Below are positions 54,038 through 62,923 of a stretch of DNA of 64,000 bases, piece by piece (position 1 is the stretch's first letter; every line of letters begins with the position of its first letter). The position numbers were made by a program, and so were the translations under genes. The DNA comes from Patescibacteria group bacterium (GTDB lineage: Bacteria > Patescibacteriota > Patescibacteriia > UBA9934). The stretch spans positions 12,766 to 76,765 of the forward strand of contig JBAQTB010000003.1 of assembly GCA_049296775.1 (NCBI GenBank), read 5' to 3'. The notes under the pieces were generated by a model. That model ran no database searches, was not told the DNA's origin, and saw only the letters and a list, made by a program, of their open reading frames with translations.

Positions 54038-55306
54038 ATGGCACAGAAAAAAGTGACCCCAAAAAAGTTTGTCAAAAAAGTGGTTCCGGCGAAAGTTAAA
54101 CAACCTTTAAAAAAATCGCCAGTGCCTAAGAAAAAAGCGGCCGCTAAAGTTGTTTTTAAGAAAGCGCCAGTTATCAAGCCAGCGGTTAAGCTGGTGGTAG
54201 ATAAAAAGAGTCCGCCACCCACGGATGAGTCTTTGACGCGCATGATTGAGCGCGGTATGTCACGTGGTTTTGTGACGGAAAATGAAGTCATCTTTGTTTT
54301 TGGTTACGTAGAAGATCATTTGGAGTTATTTGAAGAATTTTTAGATAGATTAGATAGAAAAGGTTTGCATTTTGTTGAGATGAAAGAAGGTTTTTTGGGT
54401 GGTAGTAAATCTAGAGATGATGTTTACGGCAAATTACGTTTAACGGTAGATAAGAAGTCTGATACATCCGTGAGTACTGAATTGACTCAGGATAGTATTC
54501 AGATGTACTTGCGTGAAATTGGTAAGATTCCGTTGTTGAATGCTGAGGAAGAGGTGGCTTTGGCGCGCCGCAAGGAGCGGAATGACAAAGAAGCCGAGCG
54601 CCGTTTGATTGAAGCTAACTTGCGTTTGGTAGTTTCGATTGCCAAGAAGTTTGTGGGTAAACAATTATCTTTACTCGACCTCATTCAGGAGGGTAACGTG
54701 GGCTTGTTCCGCGCCGTAAAAAAGTTTGAATATCGTAAAGGTTTTAAGTTTTCTACTTACGCTACCTGGTGGATCAGACAGGCGATTACCCGTGCTTTGG
54801 CTGACCAATCCAGAACAATTCGTATTCCGGTGCACATGGTAGAGACTATCAACCGCTTTAAGCAGGTGGAACGTCGGTTGATTCAGGACTTGGGTCGTGA
54901 GCCGCTGTTGGAAGAGTTGGCGGCAGAAATGGATATGCCACTTGAGAAGGTCCAGCACATTCAGAAGATTTCTCAGGAGACTGTTTCGCTCGACACATCT
55001 GTGGGTGATGACGATGATGATTCCAAGCTGGAAGACTTTATTGAAGACGTTAAGAATTTGCCACCAGATAAAGCCGCAGCTAGACAGTTGCTGAAAGATT
55101 ACGTGCATGAAGCCATGCGTGATCTCACTCCGCGTGAACAGAAGATTTTAGAGATGCGTTTTGGTCTGGAAGACGGTGTATCGCATACTCTGGAAGAAGT
55201 CGGTAGAGAGTTTGATGTGACGCGTGAACGTATTCGTCAGATTGAGGCTAAGGCGCTAGAGAAGATTCAGCAGAAAGATATTATTCAAAAGCTGAGAGAC
55301 TATTAG
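54038..55306 (+). CDS. rpoD: RNA polymerase sigma-70 factor RpoD with Lys/Pro-rich N-terminal extension
   Basis: Regions 1.2-4 ([48 protein letters not shown], region 4 HTH). N-terminal roughly 60 aa is KKxxPxK low complexity. Confidence 0.93.
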   Translation: MAQKKVTPKKFVKKVVPAKVKQPLKKSPVPKKKAAAKVVFKKAPVIKPAVKLVVDKKSPPPTDESLTRMIERGMSRGFVTENEVIFVFGYVEDHLELFEEFLDRLDRKGLHFVEMKEGFLGGSKSRDDVYGKLRLTVDKKSDTSVSTELTQDSIQMYLREIGKIPLLNAEEEVALARRKERNDKEAERRLIEANLRLVVSIAKKFVGKQLSLLDLIQEGNVGLFRAVKKFEYRKGFKFSTYATWWIRQAITRALADQSRTIRIPVHMVETINRFKQVERRLIQDLGREPLLEELAAEMDMPLEKVQHIQKISQETVSLDTSVGDDDDDSKLEDFIEDVKNLPPDKAAARQLLKDYVHEAMRDLTPREQKILEMRFGLEDGVSHTLEEVGREFDVTRERIRQIEAKALEKIQQKDIIQKLRDY

Positions 55307-55310
55307 TCTT

Positions 55311-55508
55311 ATGGACACACGGGCCTTAAAAGGAAGGATTTTGGCAGCGTTGACCTGTACTACTGCTCTAATTGTGATCGTGATTTTCTTGTTATCGGCC
55401 GGCAAAACTCCGGTGTTACTGATTATCTTAACGGTACTCTCGGCCCTCTACTCCACCTCTAAGCTCAAGCAATTACGGGCGAGTATTAAGAAAGATATTA
55501 GATCTTAG
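55311..55508 (+). CDS. Small membrane protein
   Basis: 65 aa, two TM helices. Confidence 0.4.
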   Translation: MDTRALKGRILAALTCTTALIVIVIFLLSAGKTPVLLIILTVLSALYSTSKLKQLRASIKKDIRS

Positions 55509-55510
55509 TA

Positions 55511-55557
55511 AGAAAAGAAACGGCCGCCAGTTTTTGACTGGCGGCCAGTGTTTTTTT
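55511..55557. terminator. Bidirectional intrinsic terminator
   Basis: ggccgccag/ctggcggcc stem flanked by an A-tract and a T-tract between convergent genes. Confidence 0.65.
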
Positions 55558-56932
55558 ACCCGCGTAAGATGCTTTCGAAATCTTCGTAGGGAATGCCCAG
55601 GCGCTCTAGCGCTTTTTTCACCGCTGACTTCACATGCCGGGGGTCTTGATGGGCATGGGGGTTGAGAAAGCTGGACGTTTTGCCGTCACGGGAGAGCTTG
55701 ACATGTTTGCCTCGTTCGACGCGGACGGGCGTGACGCCCAGCTGCGCAAAGACTTGCATGACTCTGGTGTAGCTGAAGCTATTCCTGCCGATGCCAGGTT
55801 GCTTTTTAGGGGCAACTATTGGCATGTTCGAGCTGTCGACGTCGAACGGTAGACAGGGTGCCGGCGGTATCTCTGAGCTTGGTGCCTCGTCGAGAATGGG
55901 AGCGTCGTCAGCGGCCAGTGCTGATTGATCCTCATCTTCATCCTCGTCAAGTTCGAGGTAGACTTTTTCTTGTAAAACGCCCGTTTCGATCATGCGATAA
56001 ATGCCACAGGTCACAAAGTCACGCAGGTGTTGGTACGGTCCGGTAGCTCGGTGACATTTGAAGGTGGACTGCAGGTCTGAAACGAGGCAATCGTCAAAGA
56101 GAATGTGCCCATCTCTTCTGGCGATTTCGCCCTGTGCTATGAGTGCCCCGGGCTGATTCAATTGATCGAAGACAAGGATTCTGCCTAGGCTGAGAGGATT
56201 TTTGCTTGCGGCTAGGCCTAAGGAGAAACTCATCGGACTGCCATTGAGATCCGTGTACGTAGGCAGAGATATGAATTGACCTTTCGGATAGTCGATTTCC
56301 ACTGATTTCAGGATGTTCCTGATCTGTTTGGCGTCAGATGAGGCTTCGAATATTTGAGTAGGTAGTCCCGAGACTCTGAAGGCGATTTCATGCCAGCCTC
56401 TGTCTAGGTTGGTTTGTTCCTCTTCAGACTGACTGAGTCTTTGTTCCTCACTTATCCTGTTATGCGCTCGCATGGCGCCGGGATAGGTCAGCCTCTTGAC
56501 GGAGTTTGCAAAGTTCAGGGCCCCTATAAGGGCCGTGTTTTCGTCAATCACCTTGGAACAAAGATTGTAGTTGTTCTCGTCAAGGCATAACTGTATGCCG
56601 TTCAGAGCTCGATAGAATCTTTTTGTGAATTGGTGTCGCTTCCCAGGTTTTGGCGTGAGATTGTACTGCTCGAGTTGGTATACCAACATGCCAACTGCGG
56701 AAGTGTAGAGCAATGTTCTGAACTCATCGGAGAGGCAATTTTGATACTCCATGAGGTCGAAGATGGTGAGTTGGTCGTCTTCATTGCAGCCTTCAAGAAG
56801 CTCATCGTACGGAGCCAGGATCCGGGCCATGGCTCGGATGGGGTCAAGTAGGGTGTTGGGGAACTCCCCCTTGAAGCGAATAATGGACTCGACCTTGCTG
56901 GACATGTGATCTCCGGTGGTGGTTTGTCTCAA
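55556..56932 (-). CDS. Large hypothetical protein with C-terminal HicA/YcfA-like domain
   Basis: 458 aa. The C-terminal roughly 65 aa (YTRVMQVFAQLGVTPVRVERGKHVKLSRDGKTSSFLNPHAHQDPRHVKSAVKKALERLGI) matches the HicA-family pattern (GxH...H...L..IL...GI). The N-terminal roughly 380 aa is unrecognised and has an acidic linker DEDEDEDQ. Confidence 0.45.
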   Translation of the reverse strand: MRQTTTGDHMSSKVESIIRFKGEFPNTLLDPIRAMARILAPYDELLEGCNEDDQLTIFDLMEYQNCLSDEFRTLLYTSAVGMLVYQLEQYNLTPKPGKRHQFTKRFYRALNGIQLCLDENNYNLCSKVIDENTALIGALNFANSVKRLTYPGAMRAHNRISEEQRLSQSEEEQTNLDRGWHEIAFRVSGLPTQIFEASSDAKQIRNILKSVEIDYPKGQFISLPTYTDLNGSPMSFSLGLAASKNPLSLGRILVFDQLNQPGALIAQGEIARRDGHILFDDCLVSDLQSTFKCHRATGPYQHLRDFVTCGIYRMIETGVLQEKVYLELDEDEDEDQSALAADDAPILDEAPSSEIPPAPCLPFDVDSSNMPIVAPKKQPGIGRNSFSYTRVMQVFAQLGVTPVRVERGKHVKLSRDGKTSSFLNPHAHQDPRHVKSAVKKALERLGIPYEDFESILRG

Positions 56933-57004
56933 TACGAGACTAACTAGACTAGCAAATTTTCCGTAAATAGTAAAGAACGGGCCGGAGCCCGTTCTTTTAA
57001 CTGT

Positions 57005-58798
57005 TTAGCGATCAGCGCGTTTGCGTTCATTTTCTGTCAGGTACTTTTTGCGAATACGTACGTTTTCTGGGGTAACTTCTACGTATTCGTCGTTGTCGAT
57101 GTATTCCAGGGCGCGTTCTAGGTTCATGTCAATTGGTGGGGTGATGACCACGATATGGTCAGCACTTGAGGCACGCATGTTGGTCAATTTCTTTTCTCGT
57201 ACGGCATTCACCGTCATGGTCTCCTTCATGCTAGCACCAATGACCATACCTTCGTAAATTTCAGTACCTGGCGCTACAAAGAGCGGACCACGTTCCTGGA
57301 TCATGGCCAAAGCGTAAGGCGTGGTCTTGCCTTGATCGCCAGAAATGATAGAGCCGGCACTGCGGCGGTTGATTTCTCCCTTGTGTGGCGCGTAAGCTGA
57401 GAAGATGTGGGCAAAAGTACCCTCGCCTTTAGTGTCGGTCATGAATTCTGTGCGGAAGCCCAGAATACCGCGGGTAGGCATGGTGTACTCCAAACGGGTT
57501 GAACCGTTCTCCGTAATCATGTTGGTCATTTCACCTTTACGGCGTCCGAGTTTCTCAATTACCGTTCCGGCGAATTCGTCCGGTACGTCAATGACGACTG
57601 ATTCCATCGGCTCAAGCATTTGGCCGTTGTCTTCCTTCATGATGACTTGTGGCTGACTAACCTGGAGCTCAAAGCCTTCACGACGCATCTGCTCAATCAA
57701 GACGGCGAGGTGCATTTCACCACGACCAGAAACTTTGAATTCACCGTCCGCGGTTGGGAAGTCGACATGTAAACCAACGTTAACCTCAAGCTCACGTTCT
57801 AGACGCTCACGAATCTGTCTTGAAGTGACTAATGAACCTTCACGTCCCGCAAATGGGGAAGAGTTCGGCATGAAGTTCATGGTCAAAGTTGGCTCGTCGA
57901 TAGCTAGAGTTGGGAGAGCCTCAGCCTCTGGAGCCTCAGCTACGGTTTCACCTACGTAAATATCGGGGAAACCAGCAATCTGTACAATGTCTCCAGCTAC
58001 GGCTTCATTGACCTCTGTCTTGCTCAAGCCCTGGTGAGTGTAGAGCTTGGTGATTTTACCATTGTAGCGTGAGCCATCAATTTTGATAATGGTCGCAGTC
58101 ATGCCAGCTTTGACAATACCTTCTACGACGCGACCAACACCAATACGACCAACGTAGTTATCGTATTTCAAGTTAGCAATCTGCAAACGCATCGGCTTAG
58201 TGGTGTCACTCGCTGCTGGAGGGACAGACTTCAGGATGAGGTCGAAGAGAGGACGGAGGTCTTTGCTCTCATCAGTTAAGCTGGTTTTAGCCACACCGTC
58301 ACGACCAATAGCGTAAATGTATTTGAAATCCAACTGATCATCCTTAGCGCCAAGTTCAACGAACAGATCGAAAATCATGTTCAGAACGGCGTCAGGGCGG
58401 GCAGTAGGTTTATCGATCTTGTTGATTACCACGATTGGCTTCAAGCCAAGGGCCAAAGACTTGCGGAGTACGAATTTGGTCTGAGGCATTGGGCCTTCAT
58501 AAGCGTCCACCAACAAAAGCACTGAGTCCACCATCCGCAACACGCGCTCAACTTCTGAACCAAAGTCAGCGTGACCAGGGGTGTCCACGATGTTGATCTT
58601 CACGCCGTCCACAGTAATGGCTGTGTTCTTGGCGTAAATAGTAATACCGCGCTCGCGTTCTAGTTCATTGCTATCCATGACACAGTCCTGGATGACATCG
58701 CGGTCATTAAAAGTGCCAGACTGTTTAAGCATGGCGTCCACGAGCGTAGTTTTGCCGTGGTCAACGTGAGCGATGATCGCAATATTTCTAAATTCCAT
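57005..58798 (-). CDS. typA: Translational GTPase TypA/BipA
   Basis: AIIAHVDHGKTTL, DTPGHADF, NKID, BipA-specific C-terminal domain; 597 aa. Confidence 0.93.
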   Translation of the reverse strand: MEFRNIAIIAHVDHGKTTLVDAMLKQSGTFNDRDVIQDCVMDSNELERERGITIYAKNTAITVDGVKINIVDTPGHADFGSEVERVLRMVDSVLLLVDAYEGPMPQTKFVLRKSLALGLKPIVVINKIDKPTARPDAVLNMIFDLFVELGAKDDQLDFKYIYAIGRDGVAKTSLTDESKDLRPLFDLILKSVPPAASDTTKPMRLQIANLKYDNYVGRIGVGRVVEGIVKAGMTATIIKIDGSRYNGKITKLYTHQGLSKTEVNEAVAGDIVQIAGFPDIYVGETVAEAPEAEALPTLAIDEPTLTMNFMPNSSPFAGREGSLVTSRQIRERLERELEVNVGLHVDFPTADGEFKVSGRGEMHLAVLIEQMRREGFELQVSQPQVIMKEDNGQMLEPMESVVIDVPDEFAGTVIEKLGRRKGEMTNMITENGSTRLEYTMPTRGILGFRTEFMTDTKGEGTFAHIFSAYAPHKGEINRRSAGSIISGDQGKTTPYALAMIQERGPLFVAPGTEIYEGMVIGASMKETMTVNAVREKKLTNMRASSADHIVVITPPIDMNLERALEYIDNDEYVEVTPENVRIRKKYLTENERKRADR

Positions 58799-58895
58799 AA
58801 CTTTAGCTGACGAGTGGTTAAGGGTTGCTGGTTACAAGAGGACGACGATTAACCGTCAAATCGGGCCAAGGATACCTGTTTTTTTGCCACAAGTC

Positions 58896-58912
58896 AAGCT
58901 TTATCCGGGATT
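58896..58912 (+). repeat. 17-bp direct repeat, left copy (aagctttatccgggatt)
   Basis: 16/17 identical to 59569..59585. The pair brackets the GC-rich cupin gene. Confidence 0.5.
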
Positions 58913-58993
58913 TTAGATCTGTTTGGCTTAGTGACCATAAAGTTGTCAAAATTATCTCAGTATGTTAGCTTAATGTGGCCTAAAGGAGGCTAC

Positions 58994-59476
58994 ATGACCC
59001 CATTCGTTACTTCGGTACACGGTCATTCTAACGAGCAGCGACGGCTGTTGTCGGCGCGTTTTCCGTCACACCCTGGGTTGCGGGATGCCTTCCCGAACAA
59101 CGTTCCGGAGTCGTACACGCTCGACAATTCGTGTCTGGGGTGGGCCGCAGGCGGCCATTACCATCACCAAAAGAACGAGCTCTTCCGCTGCGTTCACGGC
59201 GCCCTCGACGTGATCTTGCGGAAAGTGGATGCAGAGGGCAGAAGCCTTCACGCTACGGTTCGACTCACGAGAGCGGAGCCTACGTTCCTGTTCGTGCCGG
59301 CGGGTTATTACCATGAGGTGATCATGGTCGACCCCGACAGCATCTTGTTGGTGCACTCCTCGACCTTGTTTCAGGAAGCGCCGCATACGGACGAAGTCCG
59401 GGCGTTGCCGGACGGTTACGACAAGGATGCAAGTGTTGAATTGCTCGTGGTGGAGCGCGTCTCTCATCACTACTGA
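58994..59476 (+). CDS. Cupin-fold protein, WxcM/FdtA-like sugar 3,4-ketoisomerase family (GC-atypical)
   Basis: GWAAGGHYHHQKNELFRCVHGALDV...FLFVPAGYYHEV cupin motifs. AGGAGG SD 4 nt before the ATG. About 59% GC against roughly 48% in neighbours. Confidence 0.5.
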   Translation: MTPFVTSVHGHSNEQRRLLSARFPSHPGLRDAFPNNVPESYTLDNSCLGWAAGGHYHHQKNELFRCVHGALDVILRKVDAEGRSLHATVRLTRAEPTFLFVPAGYYHEVIMVDPDSILLVHSSTLFQEAPHTDEVRALPDGYDKDASVELLVVERVSHHY

Positions 59477-59568
59477 TCCAAAGATACTACCTGTTCGCGG
59501 GCGATAGATCGCTCGGCGAACTACCAGCCGCTCCTAATTCCAAAGGGCGGCTATTTTTTTACTGAATA

Positions 59569-59585
59569 AAGTTTTATCCGGGATT
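59569..59585 (+). repeat. 17-bp direct repeat, right copy (aagttttatccgggatt)
   Basis: See 58896..58912. Confidence 0.5.
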
Positions 59586-59600
59586 GTGGTATAACCATTT

Positions 59601-60419
59601 TTGTCTATGTTGGATTTAAAAACGCGATTTAAAGAGGATTTTCATGAGTTCTTGGTTTTTGGCTGGAAACAGGCCAGAGCCTGTGTGTTTGTGGGAAGTT
59701 TTTTAGCGGCCTTGATTTTATCCAATTACATCCCGTTATTTGGCTTGGCTAGATATGATTTTCTCTTTTTAGCCGCGATTTTAATTCAAGTGGTGTTGGT
59801 CTTAACTAAACTAGAGACTAAAGATGAGGTGAAAGTGATTATGCTGTTCCATGTAATTGGTTTTGCTTTAGAGGTCTTTAAAACCTCACCCGGGATTGGA
59901 TCCTGGAGTTACCCTGAGCCGGGTGTGTTCAAACTGTTCAACGTCCCTTTATATAGCGGCTTTATGTACTCAGCGGTGGGGAGTTATATTTCTCAAGCGT
60001 GGAAGTTACAGAAACTCCGGGTTGAGAACTATCCGCCGTACATTTATAGCGTTCCGCTAGCCGCCGCGATTTACCTCAACTTTTTTACGCATCATTACTT
60101 GCCGGATTTCCGTTGGGTACTGACAGCTTTGGTGGTTTTGGTGTTTTGGAAGACGGATGTGTATTTTGTGATTATTGAAAAAGTCAGGCGCATGAAGTTG
60201 CTAGCGTCATTTGCGTTGATAGGTTTCTTCATTTGGATCGCTGAAAATATTTCCACCTGGTTTGGGGCCTGGCAGTATCCAGATCAAACAGAAGTGTGGC
60301 ATTTGGTGTCATTTGGCAAGATCTCTTCTTGGGCGTTGCTTGTGATTATCTCCGTGATTATTATTGCCGATTTGAAACAGTTCAAAGCCGAACGCGACCG
60401 CGCTAAAATTGCTATTTAA
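59601..60419 (+). CDS. Polytopic membrane protein (DUF817-like)
   Basis: About 7 TM helices; resembles the DUF817/YoaT-type architecture (not checked against a database). Confidence 0.4.
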   Translation: MSMLDLKTRFKEDFHEFLVFGWKQARACVFVGSFLAALILSNYIPLFGLARYDFLFLAAILIQVVLVLTKLETKDEVKVIMLFHVIGFALEVFKTSPGIGSWSYPEPGVFKLFNVPLYSGFMYSAVGSYISQAWKLQKLRVENYPPYIYSVPLAAAIYLNFFTHHYLPDFRWVLTALVVLVFWKTDVYFVIIEKVRRMKLLASFALIGFFIWIAENISTWFGAWQYPDQTEVWHLVSFGKISSWALLVIISVIIIADLKQFKAERDRAKIAI

Positions 60420-60465
60420 TCTAAGTTTAAGTACCCTAATCCAGCCTTTTGGCTTGGGGGTCAAC

Positions 60466-60951
60466 ATGTGCAAAGCACCATTTTGGAAGCGGGCAACTGG
60501 GCAGACGGTGGTGGGGTCAGGACAGGCGTCTTGGCGACCTGAGCACTTTAAGGATTTCGATGCGATCTTTCCGAACGGGTTTCGGCAGGTCGAGGTCATG
60601 ACATTGCCGCAGATCGGGGATGAATTTGGCGATAGATTCGTCGCCGACGTCTACCTGTGCGTGGTGTGTTCATGGGGGGAGTTGGCGGTGACTTTGCGTT
60701 GGGTGGATGAGGAGCATGTCAGTTGGTTTTCCAATGACGGCATGACCAACAGCGGGGCGGTGCTACTTATTCCTCCGGGTGTGTGGTTTTCATTCCGGTC
60801 ACTGAAGGAGCATACCGGCATTGTCTGGTTTTCTTCGGCACCAATAGGGGCAGATGACTGGACGATGGGTACGCCCAAGGATTACGACGAGTATGGCTCT
60901 CATGCGTCATACATCATCTTCCCTGATCAACCCTCCACTCCCGCCTACTAA
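60466..60951 (+). CDS. Cupin-fold protein, RmlC-like (dTDP-sugar epimerase/isomerase-like), GC-atypical
   Basis: GAVLLIPPGVWFSF cupin motif. GGGGGT SD before the ATG at 60466. About 58% GC. Confidence 0.4.
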   Translation: MCKAPFWKRATGQTVVGSGQASWRPEHFKDFDAIFPNGFRQVEVMTLPQIGDEFGDRFVADVYLCVVCSWGELAVTLRWVDEEHVSWFSNDGMTNSGAVLLIPPGVWFSFRSLKEHTGIVWFSSAPIGADDWTMGTPKDYDEYGSHASYIIFPDQPSTPAY

Positions 60952-61108
60952 CAAGCAGCCATCGTGGCCCTTGTCTTACGCCGGTTTCTGAAGATGAAAC
61001 CGGCGTTGTTATTTGGGCCAAAATGTCAGGATGATTCTTTACAGAGGGGCTATTGTCTTGTTTCTTATCTTTTGCTAAGCTACTGTCGTTCCTAATAGCC
61101 GAATAGAA

Positions 61109-61123
61109 TATTCCGGGGTAGCT
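61109..61123 (+). repeat. 15-nt duplicate of the tRNA-Asn 5' end (tattccggggtagct)
   Basis: Identical to 61214..61228, which includes the first 12 nt of the tRNA. Confidence 0.5.
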
Positions 61124-61216
61124 TCCCGCATCAGACGTCGGTAATCATTACCTCCGTCGACGCGGGACAGGCAGTGGCCGTGAGCCACTTCGCCACCCGG
61201 ACAGAGACACAATTAT

Positions 61217-61291
61217 TCCGGGGTAGCTCAGTGGCAGAGCGCGGGACTGTTAATCCCTAGGTCGTGGGTTCGAGCCCCACCCCCGGAGCCA
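61217..61291 (+). tRNA. tRNA-Asn (anticodon GTT), CCA encoded
   Basis: Acceptor UCCGGGG/CCCCGGA, D arm GCUC-AGUGGCA-GAGC, anticodon loop CUGUUAA (U33, GUU, A37), T arm GUGGG-UUCGAGC-CCCAC, discriminator G, CCA. Confidence 0.85.
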
Positions 61292-61293
61292 AC

Positions 61294-61326
61294 AAAAAAT
61301 CAGCCTTAGGGCTGGTTTTTTGTTTT
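61294..61326 (+). terminator. Intrinsic terminator after tRNA-Asn
   Basis: aaaaaatcagcc-ttag-ggctggtttttt: hairpin plus U-tract. Confidence 0.65.
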
Positions 61327-61457
61327 ACCGACGGGGGAGCAGACAAAAAGTTTTGTCTGCGTTGGGGCGAGAACGCCGGAGGCATATTCCGTCAGCAGAC
61401 GGAATGCCGAGGCGGTGGCCAGCCCGAACCGAGTGACGACGAGGTGAGAGGCGAGGC

Positions 61458-61478
61458 CGAGCCCCACCCCCGGAGCCA
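61458..61478 (+). repeat. 21-nt duplicate of the tRNA-Asn 3' end (cgagccccacccccggagcca), att-site-like
   Basis: Identical to 61271..61291 (T-loop through CCA), 167 nt downstream of the intact tRNA. Confidence 0.6.
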
Positions 61479-61524
61479 TAAAGTAGAAACCAATTTGGTT
61501 TCTATTTTTTGTATCCAATTGGTT

Positions 61525-61755
61525 TCACTTTTGTATCGGTTTACTTTTTTGGTGCTTGTATTCAACCCGCCAGCTTAGGCCTGGTTTTACTTCGGCTATG
61601 GCTGGTAGGAGATGATTAAGCAGCTGCTCTGCGGTCATTTGAAACTTTCTGCCTTTGGCAGAAATTTTAACCCAGCCATTTTTCTCTCTAAAGTATGTTT
61701 CGGTGAAGTTCTTTGTTCCGATCGAAATAATATAGCTGTCGTTTGTTAACTTCAT
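61525..61755 (-). CDS. Orphan 76-aa ORF, possibly a truncated gene remnant at the tRNA-Asn locus
   Basis: MKLTNDSYIISIG...; the C-terminus runs into the tRNA-fragment region. No family recognised. Confidence 0.25.
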   Translation of the reverse strand: MKLTNDSYIISIGTKNFTETYFREKNGWVKISAKGRKFQMTAEQLLNHLLPAIAEVKPGLSWRVEYKHQKSKPIQK

Positions 61756-61877
61756 ATTTGAATATTCTACCAGTAAATCGGGAATAATGAAGCAGGGCTT
61801 GTCTGATCTAGAACCATGGCCGTCAGGCCTGTGAGAAGGTCGTTGCGTGATATGATGAGTGAGATAAATTAAAGTAT

Positions 61878-62081
61878 ATGCCCAAGAAACGCTGGACCAT
61901 TTGGTCTCTCACAAAATCGATCTCCATGGCGCTTGGATTGGTACTGGTGTGGCGCGGTGCCTGGTATCTCCTCGATGCTATCGACATCTGGATCTTTGGC
62001 GGCACTCACATCTGGTCCGCTGTCATTGGGGTGGTGATCGGCTTGAGTGTGTTTTATGTGTTTGATAAGGATTTGAGATAG
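61878..62081 (+). CDS. Small membrane protein
   Basis: 67 aa, two TM helices. Confidence 0.4.
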   Translation: MPKKRWTIWSLTKSISMALGLVLVWRGAWYLLDAIDIWIFGGTHIWSAVIGVVIGLSVFYVFDKDLR

Positions 62082-62148
62082 ATTATTATGATTTGAGCCG
62101 CTCTTGACATTTTGCTAATTTTGGCTAATATTAAATGGGATTTAACCT

Positions 62149-62892
62149 TTGGAGGCGTCGATGAGCTCAGATATTCTGGCATTTACCACTATTCGACAAG
62201 GTAGCCCAACGAACTTAATTGAAATGACTCGGGCGATGGTAGCGCTCGATACCATGAAGCAATTGCAAGCGGAGAATATCGCGTGTCTTGTGGTTTACAA
62301 GGACTGCGACGATGTTTATCTGCGACAGCTACAAGCTTTTGGAGCAACTTTAGTTCCAGAAATTGATTCAGGCATGGGAGCTGCACGTAGGCAGGCATTA
62401 CGAGAGGTGATTTCGTATGGAGGCCCTGAAACGCATTTACTGTGGCTCGAGCCCGAGAAGCCTGGTATGGCGCGTTACGCAACGAGCTTGCATCAATGTA
62501 TGGTGAGGGGGCGTGCAAAATTGGGACTTTTCAATCGTACTGCGTTCAGTATGTTGAGTTATCCAGCTGAACAATCGCACTATTATCAATTTTGTAGGGC
62601 GGTAGCGAGCGCACTCACCGGGTTTGACGTTGATTATGCGTTTGGACCAATGATGTTGCATCTTGATGCGACGGAAAGCTTTTTGGCGTATACGGGTCAG
62701 TATGGGGACCTTTGGGATTCAATTCTCGTACCGCGTATTCCATTCCTGAAGCGCCATGAGGCTGTCACGCTTGATGTAGATTTTGAGAATGATCCTCGTA
62801 TGACTCAAATCGAGTCTGGCAATACAACATTGATCATGAAGCGGCTCCGTCAATTCAATAACGTCATACCGTCGCTAATAGAAGCATGGTGA
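62149..62892 (+). CDS. Hypothetical protein
   Basis: 247-aa ORF, no recognised family. Confidence 0.4.
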   Translation: MEASMSSDILAFTTIRQGSPTNLIEMTRAMVALDTMKQLQAENIACLVVYKDCDDVYLRQLQAFGATLVPEIDSGMGAARRQALREVISYGGPETHLLWLEPEKPGMARYATSLHQCMVRGRAKLGLFNRTAFSMLSYPAEQSHYYQFCRAVASALTGFDVDYAFGPMMLHLDATESFLAYTGQYGDLWDSILVPRIPFLKRHEAVTLDVDFENDPRMTQIESGNTTLIMKRLRQFNNVIPSLIEAW

Positions 62893-62923
62893 TGATTCGG
62901 GTTTCAAGCTAGTCTTGCCGAGC

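Noticed and set aside
61264-61578. 104-aa ORF overlapping tRNA-Asn and its terminator
   Set aside because: Overlaps a tRNA gene and the terminator hairpin; Gly/Arg-rich; spurious.
61525-61755. Possibility that the 76-aa orphan ORF is the N-terminal arm-binding domain of a tyrosine integrase
   Set aside because: Only a vague MKLT... resemblance. No catalytic-domain remnant downstream. Not supportable from sequence alone, so it is listed only as a hypothetical or truncated ORF.
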